Assembly (NCBI GenBank): GCA_046758965.1
Contig: JBHIBG010000001.1
Location: 1-64,000, forward strand
Length of the DNA: 64,000 nt
Direction of reading: 5' to 3'
From: Candidatus Methylomirabilia bacterium
GTDB taxonomy: Bacteria; Methylomirabilota; Methylomirabilia; Rokubacteriales; CSP1-6
In this document: positions 10,309 to 20,323 of the stretch, one piece after another
How positions within the stretch are numbered: position 1 is the first letter of the stretch
How the letters are laid out: each line of letters opens with the position of its first letter
The notes under the pieces: generated by a model
Told to the model about the DNA's origin: nothing
The model's database searches: none
The model's input: only the letters and a program-made list of their open reading frames with translations
Program-made: the position numbers and the translations under genes

Positions 10309-12122
10309 AGGCGGCAGTCGGCGGGGGCGAGGGCCACACCGGGCGGCCGGGAGCCGGGGCGTCGGCCGGCCCGAGCCGGCAACGCCGGAGCTCCGGAGCC
10401 GGCGGCTTCGCTCAGGTGGATCCCGGCGCCCTCGGCCTCAGCCACCGGGCGGTGAGAGTCTGCTCGCGTGAGATCAGCGTGAGAGAGATGCTCCCGCGAC
10501 TCCAGCGGCAGCGGGCCCCCCTCCTGGTGATTGGAGGCCCGAGCGAGGTGGCGGTGGCGTGGCCCGGTGACCTTCGGCGGGCTCAGGCGTTCGGACTCGG
10601 CGCCCGGCGCGTGCGGGAGATTGCCCGATGGGGGATCCCGGTCGTGGGTGCCCGGACCTCCGAGGCGACAATGCGTCGGCTCCTGCGAGAGGGCGCCCCC
10701 GCGCTGCTGGTCCGCGAGCGGCGGGGCGTGATCGGGGCGCTGGAGCCCCAGGCCCCAGGGGCCGCGCATCCTCCGCTCCCGCTCACTGTCCGGCTCGAGC
10801 GCCGGGTGCCTCCCCACACTCGGGACCTTCTGCGCGAGGTGGGCCGGCTGGCGGACTCACTCGGGGTCGCCGCCTACGTCGTCGGCGGATTCGTCCGCGA
10901 CCTGCTCCGCGGCGCGCCCACTCAGGATCTTGATCTGGTCGTGGAGGGGAGTGGGCTGGCCCTGGCCCGCCGGCTTGCCAGCCAGCTCGGGGCGAAGCTG
11001 ACGGCCCACCAGAGCTTTGGCACGGCCTCCGTTGAGGGGTGGGGCGGCGGCCGGGTGGATCTGGCCACGGCGCGCCGGGAACGCTACGCGACTGCCGGCG
11101 CCCTGCCGTCTGTCTCGCCGGGCTCAATCGCCGTAGATCTGGCCAGGCGCGACTTCACGATCAACGCCATGGCGCTGGCGATTTCGGGGTCGGGCTTCGG
11201 TCCCCTCCTTGACCTGTTCGGCGGCCGCGCCGACCTGCGGCGCAGGCGGATCCGGACCCTCCACCCCCTCTCGTTCGTGGAGGACCCGACCCGGGCGTTC
11301 CGGGCGGTCCGCTACGCGATCCGGTTCGGGTTCGCGTTGGACCGCCAGAGCCGGCGCACGCTCGCCCTCGCCCTCGAGCACGCGCCCTACGCCGCGCTCT
11401 CGGGGCAGCGACTCAGGGCCGAGCTCGAGCTCATCATGGCAGAACCGGGGTGGGGGAGGGGTCTCCTGACCCTCGGTCGGCTCGGCGTGCTCCGTCTGAT
11501 CGAGCCATCCTATCGCTTTTCCCGAGTCGCGATCCGGCGCGTCCAGGCTCTCGGGCAGTTGCTCCGTTGGGGACGCGCCCACGGCATCGCCCTGGATCCG
11601 CTGCCACTGGCGGTTCTGACAGTTCTCGGCCATTTGCAGTCCGCGCTGGCCGAGCGCGGGCTTCGGCGGCTGGCCCTCACCGGGGAGCCGCTGGCCCGCC
11701 TCGTGGCGGCTCTCAGGGAAGGCCCTGATCTCGCGCGCCGGCTTGAGGCGAGCGGAGCCGCCCCCGCAAGCCAGCGGGCGTCGCTGCTTCGCGGTCGGCC
11801 CATGGAGGTCCTGGCCTTCGCGTGGATCGTTGGTTCCGGATCGGCACGCCGGCAGGTTCAGTGGTTCCTCGCCGAAGGGCGGCGGATCCGTCCGCTCCTG
11901 AGCGGGGACGAGCTGCTCGCCCTCGGCGTCTCCGGGGGACCTCAGATGAGCCAGCTTCTTCACCGGCTCCGCGACGAGCGGTTGGACCGCGGGACGTTGA
12001 CCCGCGAGGAAGAGATTCGTCTGGTCAAGGCCTCGCTGCAGTCAGGGGCGGGGAACGGGCGGCCCCCTCACGAAGCCCGGGAGGTGCTCTCTCGGCAGAA
12101 AGAGGAGGATGGAGGAGGATGA
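10305..12122 (+). CDS. Class II tRNA nucleotidyltransferase with degenerate CBS-like N-terminus (probably A-adding type)
   Basis: [42 protein letters not shown]. Confidence 0.85.
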   Translation: MKAAVGGGEGHTGRPGAGASAGPSRQRRSSGAGGFAQVDPGALGLSHRAVRVCSREISVREMLPRLQRQRAPLLVIGGPSEVAVAWPGDLRRAQAFGLGARRVREIARWGIPVVGARTSEATMRRLLREGAPALLVRERRGVIGALEPQAPGAAHPPLPLTVRLERRVPPHTRDLLREVGRLADSLGVAAYVVGGFVRDLLRGAPTQDLDLVVEGSGLALARRLASQLGAKLTAHQSFGTASVEGWGGGRVDLATARRERYATAGALPSVSPGSIAVDLARRDFTINAMALAISGSGFGPLLDLFGGRADLRRRRIRTLHPLSFVEDPTRAFRAVRYAIRFGFALDRQSRRTLALALEHAPYAALSGQRLRAELELIMAEPGWGRGLLTLGRLGVLRLIEPSYRFSRVAIRRVQALGQLLRWGRAHGIALDPLPLAVLTVLGHLQSALAERGLRRLALTGEPLARLVAALREGPDLARRLEASGAAPASQRASLLRGRPMEVLAFAWIVGSGSARRQVQWFLAEGRRIRPLLSGDELLALGVSGGPQMSQLLHRLRDERLDRGTLTREEEIRLVKASLQSGAGNGRPPHEAREVLSRQKEEDGGG

Positions 12123-13735
12123 GTGCGACCCCCAAGTTCATTTTCGTAACCGGCGGGGTGGTCTCCTCGCTGGGAAAGGGGGTGGCGGCCGCCTCGATCG
12201 GCTCCCTGCTGGAGGCGCGCGGCTTCCGCGTTGCGCTCCAGAAGATGGACCCCTACATCAATGTGGACGCGGGGACCATGAGCCCCTACCAGCACGGGGA
12301 GGTCTATGTCACCGACGACGGCGGCGAGGCCGACCTCGACTTGGGGCACTACGAGCGGTTCACCCGGGCCGCGGTGACGCGCGACCACAACGTGACCACT
12401 GGAAAGGTCTACGACGCCGTCATCAAGAAAGAGCGGTCCGGGCACTACCTGGGGCGGACGGTCCAGATGATCCCCCACATCACCGACGAGATCAAGGCCT
12501 CCGTCATGAAGGTAGCCCACGATCTGGATGTGGTGATCGTAGAGGTGGGAGGCACGGTGGGAGACATCGAGGGGTTACCGTTTCTCGAGGCCGTCCGCCA
12601 GCTGAAAAAAGACGTGGGGAGGGAGCACGTCATCTACGTTCACCTGACGCTGGTCCCGTTCATCCAGGCCGCCTCGGAGCTGAAGACCAAGGCCACCCAG
12701 CACTCGGTGAAGGAGCTCCGCTCTATCGGGATCCAGCCTGACATCCTGCTCTGCCGGACTGACCGCTATCTCTCGCCGGAGATCAAATCCAAGATCGCGC
12801 TCTTCTGCGACGTGGAGGAAGAGGCGGTGATCACCGCCAAGGATGTCGACATGGTCTATGAGGTGCCCCTCGTGTTCCACCGCGAGGGGCTGGACGCCAG
12901 CATCGTGAAGCTCCTCGGCCTCCCCGATCGCCCCATCGACCTCTCGGGCTGGGAGGCGATCATCCGCAAGATCAGCCGCCCGGAGCGGGAGACACGGATC
13001 GCCGTCGTGGGGAAGTATACCGAGTTGAAAGATGCCTACAAGAGCCTCTCGGAGGCCCTCACCCACGGCGGGATCGCCAGCGACGCGCGCGTACACGTCT
13101 CCTGGGTGGACGCCGAGGACGTGGAGCGTGGCGGGCTGGAGGCTTCCGTCAAGGACGCGCACGGGATCCTGGTCCCCGGCGGCTTCGGTGACCGGGGGAT
13201 CGAAGGGAAGATTCGAGCTGTTCGCTATGCGCGAGAGCGCGCCGTTCCGTTCCTGGGGATCTGTCTGGGGATGCAGTGCGCGGTCATCGAGTTTGCGCGG
13301 AATGTCTGCGGCCTAGCCGGTGCGAACTCCTCGGAGTTCGAGCCCGGTGCCCGTCACCGGGTGATTGATCTGCTCCCCGAGCAGCGGGGGCTGACCACCA
13401 AGGGCGGGACCATGCGGCTCGGGCTCTATCCCATCCTGCTCGTCGAGGGGAGCGCCGCCTTCAAGGCGTACGAGCGCGAGAGCGTCCAAGAGCGGCACCG
13501 CCATCGCTACGAGGTCAACAACGACTATCTGACGGACCTCGAGAAGAACGGGCTTCGAGTCTCCGGGATCTGGGAGGCGAAGCAGCTCGTGGAGATCATC
13601 GAGCTGCCTGACCACCCCTGGTTCGTCGCCAGCCAATTCCACCCGGAGTTCCGTTCGCGCCCGTGGGAGCCTCACCCTCTCTTCTCCGCCTTCATCCGGG
13701 CCGCGCTCGCGCACCAAGAGAGCTCGAGCGGCTGA
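12119..13735 (+). CDS. pyrG: CTP synthase
   Basis: [41 protein letters not shown] before ATG 12119. Confidence 0.98.
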   Translation: MSATPKFIFVTGGVVSSLGKGVAAASIGSLLEARGFRVALQKMDPYINVDAGTMSPYQHGEVYVTDDGGEADLDLGHYERFTRAAVTRDHNVTTGKVYDAVIKKERSGHYLGRTVQMIPHITDEIKASVMKVAHDLDVVIVEVGGTVGDIEGLPFLEAVRQLKKDVGREHVIYVHLTLVPFIQAASELKTKATQHSVKELRSIGIQPDILLCRTDRYLSPEIKSKIALFCDVEEEAVITAKDVDMVYEVPLVFHREGLDASIVKLLGLPDRPIDLSGWEAIIRKISRPERETRIAVVGKYTELKDAYKSLSEALTHGGIASDARVHVSWVDAEDVERGGLEASVKDAHGILVPGGFGDRGIEGKIRAVRYARERAVPFLGICLGMQCAVIEFARNVCGLAGANSSEFEPGARHRVIDLLPEQRGLTTKGGTMRLGLYPILLVEGSAAFKAYERESVQERHRHRYEVNNDYLTDLEKNGLRVSGIWEAKQLVEIIELPDHPWFVASQFHPEFRSRPWEPHPLFSAFIRAALAHQESSSG

Positions 13736-13887
13736 GTCATGCCGGGCTATACACCGAGCATGACGAGGGGAGAGGGAGGAGCGGGTAGCCACCGAACGTT
13801 GGGGGGTGACGGCCGAGCCGGCATCCGGGAGGGCCCGCAACGGAACGGCCGAGGAGCGAGCGCGGAGTTGAGGCGAAGGGAGAAGCG

Positions 13888-14733
13888 GTGACGGGGGAGG
13901 TCGTGGTCGGACCGGTGAAGGTCGGCGGCGGCCAGCCGCTGGCGCTGATCGGGGGGCCATGCGCCATCGAGAGTGAAAGCCACGCTCTCCTGGTGGCAGA
14001 GCGCCTCAAGCGAATCACCGAAGAGGCGCGGGTTCCGTTCATCTACAAGTCCTCCTATGACAAGGCGAATCGTTCCTCCCTGGCGTCATACCGGGGCCCG
14101 GGGCGGGCGGAGGGCCTTCGAATCTTCAGGAAGGTGAAGGAGGTTGTCGGATGTCCGGTCCTCTCGGATGTCCATCAGGTCGCCGACGTGGAGGCGGCCG
14201 CAGAGGTCCTCGATGTCCTGCAGGTCCCGGCCTTCCTCTGTCGCCAGACCGACCTCGTGGTCGCCTGCGGTCGTACCGGAAAGCCGGTGAACGTGAAGAA
14301 AGGGCAGTTTCTCGCCCCGCGCGACATGGCGAACATCGTCGAGAAGATCCGCTCGACGGACAACGATCGCATCCTTCTCACCGAACGCGGCACCGCCTTC
14401 GGTTACAATACCCTCGTGGTTGACTTCCGTGGGCTGCAGGATATGCGTGAGCTCGGCTATCCCGTGGTGTTCGACGCCACTCACTCAGTCCAGCTGCCCG
14501 GCGGCCTGGGCGATCGCTCGGGGGGAGAGCGAAAATATATCCCCGCCCTGGCCCGTGCGGCGGTGGCCTTCGGCATCGATGCGCTCTTCATGGAAGTCCA
14601 CGAAGATCCCGACCGTACGCTTCCGGACGGTCGTCCTCTCTCCGACGGTCCGAACATGCTCAGGCTGGACGATCTCCCGGGGCTGCTGACCGAAATCCGG
14701 GCCGTTCAGGCCGCGCTGGGGAGGCCAGGATGA
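13888..14733 (+). CDS. kdsA: KDO 8-phosphate synthase
   Basis: GPCAIES, KSSYDKANRSS, PAFLCRQTD, KKGQF, DATHSVQ. Confidence 0.97.
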   Translation: MTGEVVVGPVKVGGGQPLALIGGPCAIESESHALLVAERLKRITEEARVPFIYKSSYDKANRSSLASYRGPGRAEGLRIFRKVKEVVGCPVLSDVHQVADVEAAAEVLDVLQVPAFLCRQTDLVVACGRTGKPVNVKKGQFLAPRDMANIVEKIRSTDNDRILLTERGTAFGYNTLVVDFRGLQDMRELGYPVVFDATHSVQLPGGLGDRSGGERKYIPALARAAVAFGIDALFMEVHEDPDRTLPDGRPLSDGPNMLRLDDLPGLLTEIRAVQAALGRPG

Positions 14734-15695
14734 GCGAGGACGTCCTCAAGCTCGCCGAGCACGTGCTGCGATCGGAGGCCGAAGGGATCCTGGGACTCGT
14801 GCCGCGACTCGGCGCAGGCTTTCTCCAGGCGCTTGAACTCTTGCGCCGCTGCCAGGGCAGGGTGGTGGTCACGGGCATCGGCAAGTCCGGCCTGGTCGGC
14901 CGGAAGGTGGCGGCTACCCTGGCAAGCCTGGGCACGCCAGCCCTCTTTCTCCATCCGGCAGAGGGCGTGCATGGTGACATCGGCATGGTGACCCGGGGCG
15001 ATGTGGTGGTCGCGATCTCCAACAGCGGCGAGACCGGGGAGGTCCTGAGCCTCCTGCCCGCCATCAAGCGGCTGAGTGTGCCGCTCGTTGTCCTCACCGG
15101 GAGTCCTGGATCCACCCTGGCCCGCAACGGGGACGTGGTGCTCGATGTCAGCGTGGCTGATGAGGCCTGTCCCATGAAGCTGGTCCCGACCTCCAGCAGC
15201 ACGGCAGCCCTGGCGATGGGGGACGCCCTGGCCGTGGCGCTGCTCGAGCTTCGAGGGATCGGTCCTGAGGATTTCGCCCTCGTCCACCCGGGCGGGCACC
15301 TGGGGCGCCGCTTCCTCAAGGTCGAGGAGCTTATGCACGGGGGGGAGGCGGTCCCGGAGGTCCACGAGGAGACCCCCATGGGCGAGGTGATCTTGGAGAT
15401 GACGGGGAAACGTCTCGGCGCCACCGCGGTGGTGGATCGCGAGGGGCGGCTGATCGGGATCGTTACCGACGGCGATCTCCGGCGGGCGCTTCAGCGGGAC
15501 CGCCAGGTGTTCGAGAAGGCCGCCTCCGATGTCATGTCCCGGAACCCGAAAACTATCGGTCGGAGCGAGCTGGCTGCCAAAGCGCTCGAAGTCATGGAGC
15601 ACCACGCCATCACCCAGCTGATCGTGCTCGACAGGCACGGCCGCCCGGAGGGGGTCATTCACCTCCACGACATCCTTCGGGCCAAGCTCGTGTGA
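14730..15695 (+). CDS. kdsD: Arabinose-5-phosphate isomerase (KpsF/GutQ, SIS + CBS)
   Basis: GIGKSG, HGDIG, SNSGET, PTSS, HPGG, TDGDLRR. Confidence 0.95.
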   Translation: MSEDVLKLAEHVLRSEAEGILGLVPRLGAGFLQALELLRRCQGRVVVTGIGKSGLVGRKVAATLASLGTPALFLHPAEGVHGDIGMVTRGDVVVAISNSGETGEVLSLLPAIKRLSVPLVVLTGSPGSTLARNGDVVLDVSVADEACPMKLVPTSSSTAALAMGDALAVALLELRGIGPEDFALVHPGGHLGRRFLKVEELMHGGEAVPEVHEETPMGEVILEMTGKRLGATAVVDREGRLIGIVTDGDLRRALQRDRQVFEKAASDVMSRNPKTIGRSELAAKALEVMEHHAITQLIVLDRHGRPEGVIHLHDILRAKLV

Positions 15696-16225
15696 GCGGC
15701 TCACCCGCGCCTCGGGCCTTCGCGCGCCGGGCCCGCCCCATCCGCCTCCTGGCGCTCGACGTGGACGGAGTGCTCACGGACGGGCGCCTGTACTATGACC
15801 CTCGAGGGGAGGAGGGCAAGGTCTTTCACGTCCGGGACGGTGTCGCCCTGGTAGAGGCCCAACGGGCCGGTCTCCAGGTGGCTGTGATCTCCGGCCGCGC
15901 CTCTGTGGCGGTGTCCCGGCGGATGGCCGAGCTGGGGGTCCACGAGGTCCACCAGGGCGTCAGGGACAAGATGGCGCTGCTCTCCGACCTCCTCCGTCGG
16001 TTCCGGCTCACCCCTGAAGAGGTTGCCTACATGGGGGACGACCTTCCTGACTTACGGCTCCTCAAGGCGGTGGGCCTGGCTCTGACCACCGCGAACGCCG
16101 TGCCCGAAGTGAGGCGCGTCGCGCATTGGGTCAGCCGCTCGCCCGGAGGTGCGGGAGCGGTGCGGGAGGCCGTGGAGGCGATTCTGCGGGCGCGGGCTGC
16201 CTGGCCCCACCCAAAGGCTACGTAA
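15692..16225 (+). CDS. kdsC: KDO 8-phosphate phosphatase
   Basis: DVDGVLTDG, F.VRDG, GDDLPD, GG.GAVRE. Confidence 0.95.
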   Translation: MSGSPAPRAFARRARPIRLLALDVDGVLTDGRLYYDPRGEEGKVFHVRDGVALVEAQRAGLQVAVISGRASVAVSRRMAELGVHEVHQGVRDKMALLSDLLRRFRLTPEEVAYMGDDLPDLRLLKAVGLALTTANAVPEVRRVAHWVSRSPGGAGAVREAVEAILRARAAWPHPKAT

Positions 16226-16243
16226 GGCCGTTTCGGGTTGTGC

Positions 16244-16288
16244 TTTACTCCCTCACCGGGAGTGTGCTAACCTGGTATCAAAATTGCA
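16244..16288 (+). promoter_or_regulatory. Overlapping sigma70 promoter and sigma54 (-24/-12) box before lptC
   Basis: TTTACT-18 nt-(TGc)TAACCT at 16244-16273; TGGTAT-CAAAA-TTGCA at 16273-16288 (GG-N10-GC). Confidence 0.6.
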
Positions 16289-16296
16289 TAAAGCTC

Positions 16297-16887
16297 ATGA
16301 AACGGCTATCCCTCGGAATCTTTTCAGGTGTTTTGCTTTTTGTCGCGGCCCTCGTGGCCTTCCTCATCGTCCAGGCACGAGCCCCTCGCTCGGACACCCG
16401 TGACCTTCCCCAGAGCAAGGCCGACTACCGGATGAAGGACATCTACCTCCAAGAGTATGAGGCCGGCGACAGCCGATGGACCTTGAACGCTGACCGGGCG
16501 GAGATCTTCGACCGGGAAGGGAGGACTGTGCTGGCCGGGGTGACCATCACGATTCAGGAGCCCGACCAGACCTGGACAGTCACCGGTGAGGAGGGAAGCC
16601 TGGCGACCGCCACGAAGGATGTGGACATCCGAAAGAAGGTGGTGCTGGTCGGAAGCGACGGGGTCCGCCTCGAGACCGACACCCTGCACTGGGAGGCCGA
16701 GGCGAAGCGAGTGTGGACCGACACCCCGGTGACCATCTACGAAGACGGAGCGGTGGTGACCGGCCAGGGCCTGGAGAGCTGGCTGGCCGAAGGGCGAACC
16801 GCGGTGAAGGGGAGGGTTCGGGCCACCTTCGCCGCGGCGCGGCGCGCCCCGCTGCTTCGGGCGCTGCCAGGGGGAGGCGGCCGGTGA
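16297..16887 (+). CDS. lptC: LPS export periplasmic protein LptC
   Basis: N-terminal TM anchor; LETDTLHW..VWTDTPV..GQGL; kdsC-lptC-lptA-lptB order. Confidence 0.85.
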   Translation: MKRLSLGIFSGVLLFVAALVAFLIVQARAPRSDTRDLPQSKADYRMKDIYLQEYEAGDSRWTLNADRAEIFDREGRTVLAGVTITIQEPDQTWTVTGEEGSLATATKDVDIRKKVVLVGSDGVRLETDTLHWEAEAKRVWTDTPVTIYEDGAVVTGQGLESWLAEGRTAVKGRVRATFAAARRAPLLRALPGGGGR

Positions 16888-17504
16888 GGGGCACGCTGAG
16901 GTCCGTGTTGGTTGGTCTCTTGTCCGTCGGGCTCGCAGAGGGTTCGGTCGGAGTCCTGGCTGCCGCCGGTGCCAGGCCCAGCACAGGACTCGAAGGCAAC
17001 CCCGCCAGGGCGCGGGCCGGATCCGGGCCCCCGGTTTCGCCATCTCCAGAGCCGGACGGGGAGAGTCACCCTGTGGTCGTGGATGCCGACCGGATGGAGA
17101 CCCTCAAGAGGGAGGGGTTGGTGATCTTCACCGGAAACGTGGTGGCGCGGCAGAACAATTCCATCCAGTATGCGGACCGGATGGAGGTCTACCTGGATGA
17201 ACGGGGAGAGCGAGTGATCCGGACTGTTTCGACCGGCAACGTCCGGGTCATCACCCCCGACTGTCAGATCGGGACCGCCCGCCGCGCCGAGCACTACGAT
17301 ACGGATCAGCGGGTCGTGTTGGTCGGCGACGCCCGGGTGTGGCAGGCGGACAACGTCGTCAGCGGCGAGCGCATCACGATCTACCTGGCCGAGGAGCGGA
17401 GCGTCGTGGAGGCGGGGAAGTCGGGCCGCGTCAAGGCGGTGATCTCCTCGAGGTCCCGGGGGGAGAGACCGGAGGCGGGGGGAGGAGCTCCCTGCCCTGA
17501 GTGA
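16884..17504 (+). CDS. lptA: LPS transport periplasmic protein LptA
   Basis: Signal peptide; FTGNVVARQ, ADRM, GDARVWQ..VSGERI. Confidence 0.88.
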   Translation: MRGTLRSVLVGLLSVGLAEGSVGVLAAAGARPSTGLEGNPARARAGSGPPVSPSPEPDGESHPVVVDADRMETLKREGLVIFTGNVVARQNNSIQYADRMEVYLDERGERVIRTVSTGNVRVITPDCQIGTARRAEHYDTDQRVVLVGDARVWQADNVVSGERITIYLAEERSVVEAGKSGRVKAVISSRSRGERPEAGGGAPCPE

Positions 17505-18229
17505 GCATGGAAGGCCTTGTCGCGCACGGGCTGTCGAAATGGTTCAAGAGCCGCCGGGTGGTCGACGACGTGAGCTTCGACATCCAGCGGGGCGAGGTCG
17601 TGGGGCTTCTCGGGCCGAACGGGGCGGGGAAGACGACCTCGTTCTCCATGATCGTGGGGATGCTTCAGCCCGACACCGGACGGATCTTCCTGGAAGGGGA
17701 AGAGATTACAGGCCTTCCCATGTACAAGCGCTGTCGCCTGGGGCTTGGATATCTTCCCCAGGAGTCCTCAGTGTTCAGGAAGCTCACCGTGCAGGAGAAC
17801 CTCTTAGCGATCCTCGAAACGCTGAACCTCTCCCGCCCGGAACGGACGGAGCGGCTCAGGATGCTCCTCGCCGAGCTGGATCTGACCTCCCTGGCGCATC
17901 ACAAGGCCTTCATGCTCTCCGGCGGGGAGCGCCGGCGTCTGGAGATCACCCGGGCCCTCGTCACCTCGCCCCGCTACCTGCTTCTCGACGAACCGTTCAC
18001 GGGCATCGACCCGATTGCCGTTGGAGTCATCCAGGAGATCGTCGCCCTGCTCCGGTCGCGGGGCATCGGCATTCTGATCACGGATCATAACGTGCGGGAG
18101 ACACTGGCCATCACCGACCGCGCCTACATCCTCTACGAGGGGCGGGTCCTCCTATCCGGCACCGCCCACGAGCTTACCCGGAACCCCATCGCCCGAGAGC
18201 TCTATCTCGGGGAGCGGTTTTCCCTCTAA
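17501..18229 (+). CDS. lptB: LPS export ABC ATPase LptB
   Basis: GPNGAGKTT, YLPQESSVFRKL, LSGGERRR, DEPF, TDHNVRETL, YLGE.F. Confidence 0.97.
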   Translation: MSMEGLVAHGLSKWFKSRRVVDDVSFDIQRGEVVGLLGPNGAGKTTSFSMIVGMLQPDTGRIFLEGEEITGLPMYKRCRLGLGYLPQESSVFRKLTVQENLLAILETLNLSRPERTERLRMLLAELDLTSLAHHKAFMLSGGERRRLEITRALVTSPRYLLLDEPFTGIDPIAVGVIQEIVALLRSRGIGILITDHNVRETLAITDRAYILYEGRVLLSGTAHELTRNPIARELYLGERFSL

Positions 18230-18247
18230 CTGAGAAGGCCCCTGGCG

Positions 18248-19690
18248 ATGGAGATGCGGCTTTCCCTCCGGCAGACCCAGCGGATGGTGATGACTCCGCT
18301 GCTGCAGCAGGCGATCCAGCTCCTCCAGCTCTCCACCGTCGAGCTCCAGGAGGTGATCCAGAAAGAGCTGCTGGAGAACCCGCTCCTCGAGGAGGTCTCC
18401 CCCGAGGGCGAGGATGCGGGAGAGGGAGGTGCGCGCGAGGCCACCCTGCCCCCGCCCGAGTCCACTCCTCCCACGAGCCCAAGCTTGGATGGAGACCGGG
18501 CCAACGACCTTCCCTTCGACCTCACGGCGGTCATGTTCGACACGCACGACGAGCCCACGCTGGTGGAGCAGGAGGAGCGGGGCGACTTCACCCCTGAGAG
18601 CGTGGTTCGTTCCACCTCCACGCTGGGCGACTACCTCGAGGAGCAGCTTCGCCTGGCGACGGACGGCGGACCCCTCCGGGCCGCGGGCCAGGTAGTCATC
18701 GGCAACCTCGATGAAGACGGCTACCTCAGGGCCGGGCTTGACGAGATCGCCGAACTCGCCAAGGTCCCCATGGCGGCGGTCGAGGAGGCGCTGGCGCTGG
18801 TGCAGTCGTTCGACCCGACGGGCGTGGCGGCGCGAACGCCCCAGGAATGCCTGCTCCTCCAGCTCAAGGCCGATCCTCAGCCAGACCCGGTGGCCGTGGA
18901 GATCGTTCAGGATCACTTCGAGGACCTGGAGCGGCTGCGCTACCCCGAGATCGCCCGAGCCTTCAAGCTTCCTCTGGACCGGATCATGGAGGCCGTGGAG
19001 GAGATCCAGGCTCTGGAGCCGAAGCCCGGCCGGCGCTTTGCCGTCTCGGACACCCGCTACGTGGCTCCTGACGTCTTCGTCTACAGGGTGGGGAACGACT
19101 ATACCGTCGTATTGAACGAGGAAGGCCTCCCACGGCTCCGCGTGAACACCCTCTACCGCCGTCTCCTCCGTGACGGCGGGACAGATGCTCGGCAGTACGT
19201 GGAGGCCAAGCTCCGGTCGGCCATGTGGCTCGTCAAGAGCGTGGACCAGCGTCAGCGCACGCTTCGAAAGGTTACCCAGAGCATCGTCAAGTTCCAACGC
19301 GACTTCCTCGACAGGGGGGTGGCCTTCCTCCACCCGCTCTCCCTCCGGGACGTGGGCGGGGACATCGGCATGCACGAGTCCACCATCAGCCGGGTGACAA
19401 CCAACAAGTACGTTCAGACTCCCCAGGGGCTGTTCGAGCTCAAGTTCTTCTTCCACAGCGGCATCGCCACCAGGACGGGGGAGACGGTCTCCTCGATCTC
19501 CGTGAAGAAGATGATCCGGGATCTCCTGGGCCAGGAGGATCCGGCCAAGCCGCTCTCCGATCAAGAAGTCGCTCAGATCCTCAAGAACCGCGGTCTCACC
19601 CTCGCCCGGCGCACCGTGGCCAAGTACCGCGAAGAGCTCAACCTGCTCCCGTCGCACCAACGCCGGCTCGCGCCGCGCAGGCGGGCGTAG
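18248..19690 (+). CDS. rpoN: RNA polymerase sigma-54 factor
   Basis: MTPLLQQAIQLLQLS, HESTISR, RpoN box ARRTVAKYRE. Confidence 0.98.
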   Translation: MEMRLSLRQTQRMVMTPLLQQAIQLLQLSTVELQEVIQKELLENPLLEEVSPEGEDAGEGGAREATLPPPESTPPTSPSLDGDRANDLPFDLTAVMFDTHDEPTLVEQEERGDFTPESVVRSTSTLGDYLEEQLRLATDGGPLRAAGQVVIGNLDEDGYLRAGLDEIAELAKVPMAAVEEALALVQSFDPTGVAARTPQECLLLQLKADPQPDPVAVEIVQDHFEDLERLRYPEIARAFKLPLDRIMEAVEEIQALEPKPGRRFAVSDTRYVAPDVFVYRVGNDYTVVLNEEGLPRLRVNTLYRRLLRDGGTDARQYVEAKLRSAMWLVKSVDQRQRTLRKVTQSIVKFQRDFLDRGVAFLHPLSLRDVGGDIGMHESTISRVTTNKYVQTPQGLFELKFFFHSGIATRTGETVSSISVKKMIRDLLGQEDPAKPLSDQEVAQILKNRGLTLARRTVAKYREELNLLPSHQRRLAPRRRA

Positions 19691-19792
19691 GGGCGCGGGG
19701 GGGAGGGTTGAGCGCGCGGGGAGAGAGGTTCGGCGTGGTGCGCGAGGCCTGGCTGCTGCCCGGGTGGCTCGGTTCCGTGAAGGGAGGGTGCC

Positions 19793-20323
19793 ATGCACGT
19801 GATCATCAGCGGTCGCGGCGTGATCACCACGCCCGCCTTCAAGGCTCGTGTGGAGGAGAAGGTGCAGAAGCTTTCCCGCATCCTCCCCAAGATCCACGAG
19901 GCCAAGGTCGTCCTGTCGGCCGAAAAGTACCGGCGGACCGCTGACGTCACCCTTCTCGGCACGGGAAAGCTCCTCCACAGCAAGGAGACGGCGCAGGACC
20001 TCTCGGCCGCCGTCGACCTGGCGGTGGACGTCCTCACGCGGCAGGTTCGTCACACAAAGGATCGGATTCGCCAGCGGAAGCCCCGGGTCTCGCCCCGCCG
20101 AGCGTCTGCGCGAAAGATCCCGAGCCCGGGTGAGGGGCCCGCAGAGCCCCAAGTGGTGCCTCGGTCGTTGACCCCCAAGCCCATGTCCATCGAGGAGGCG
20201 ACGATGCAGTTCAAGCTCCGCCGCGACCGGTTTTTCGTCTTCACCAACGCGGTCACGAAGACGGTGAACGTCCTCTACCGCCGGAAGGACGGGAGCTTGG
20301 GGTTGATCGAGCCTATCGGCTGA
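19793..20323 (+). CDS. hpf: Long-form ribosome hibernation promoting factor
   Basis: N-terminal S30AE domain plus C-terminal KPMSIEEA..NVLYRRKDG. Confidence 0.92.
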   Translation: MHVIISGRGVITTPAFKARVEEKVQKLSRILPKIHEAKVVLSAEKYRRTADVTLLGTGKLLHSKETAQDLSAAVDLAVDVLTRQVRHTKDRIRQRKPRVSPRRASARKIPSPGEGPAEPQVVPRSLTPKPMSIEEATMQFKLRRDRFFVFTNAVTKTVNVLYRRKDGSLGLIEPIG

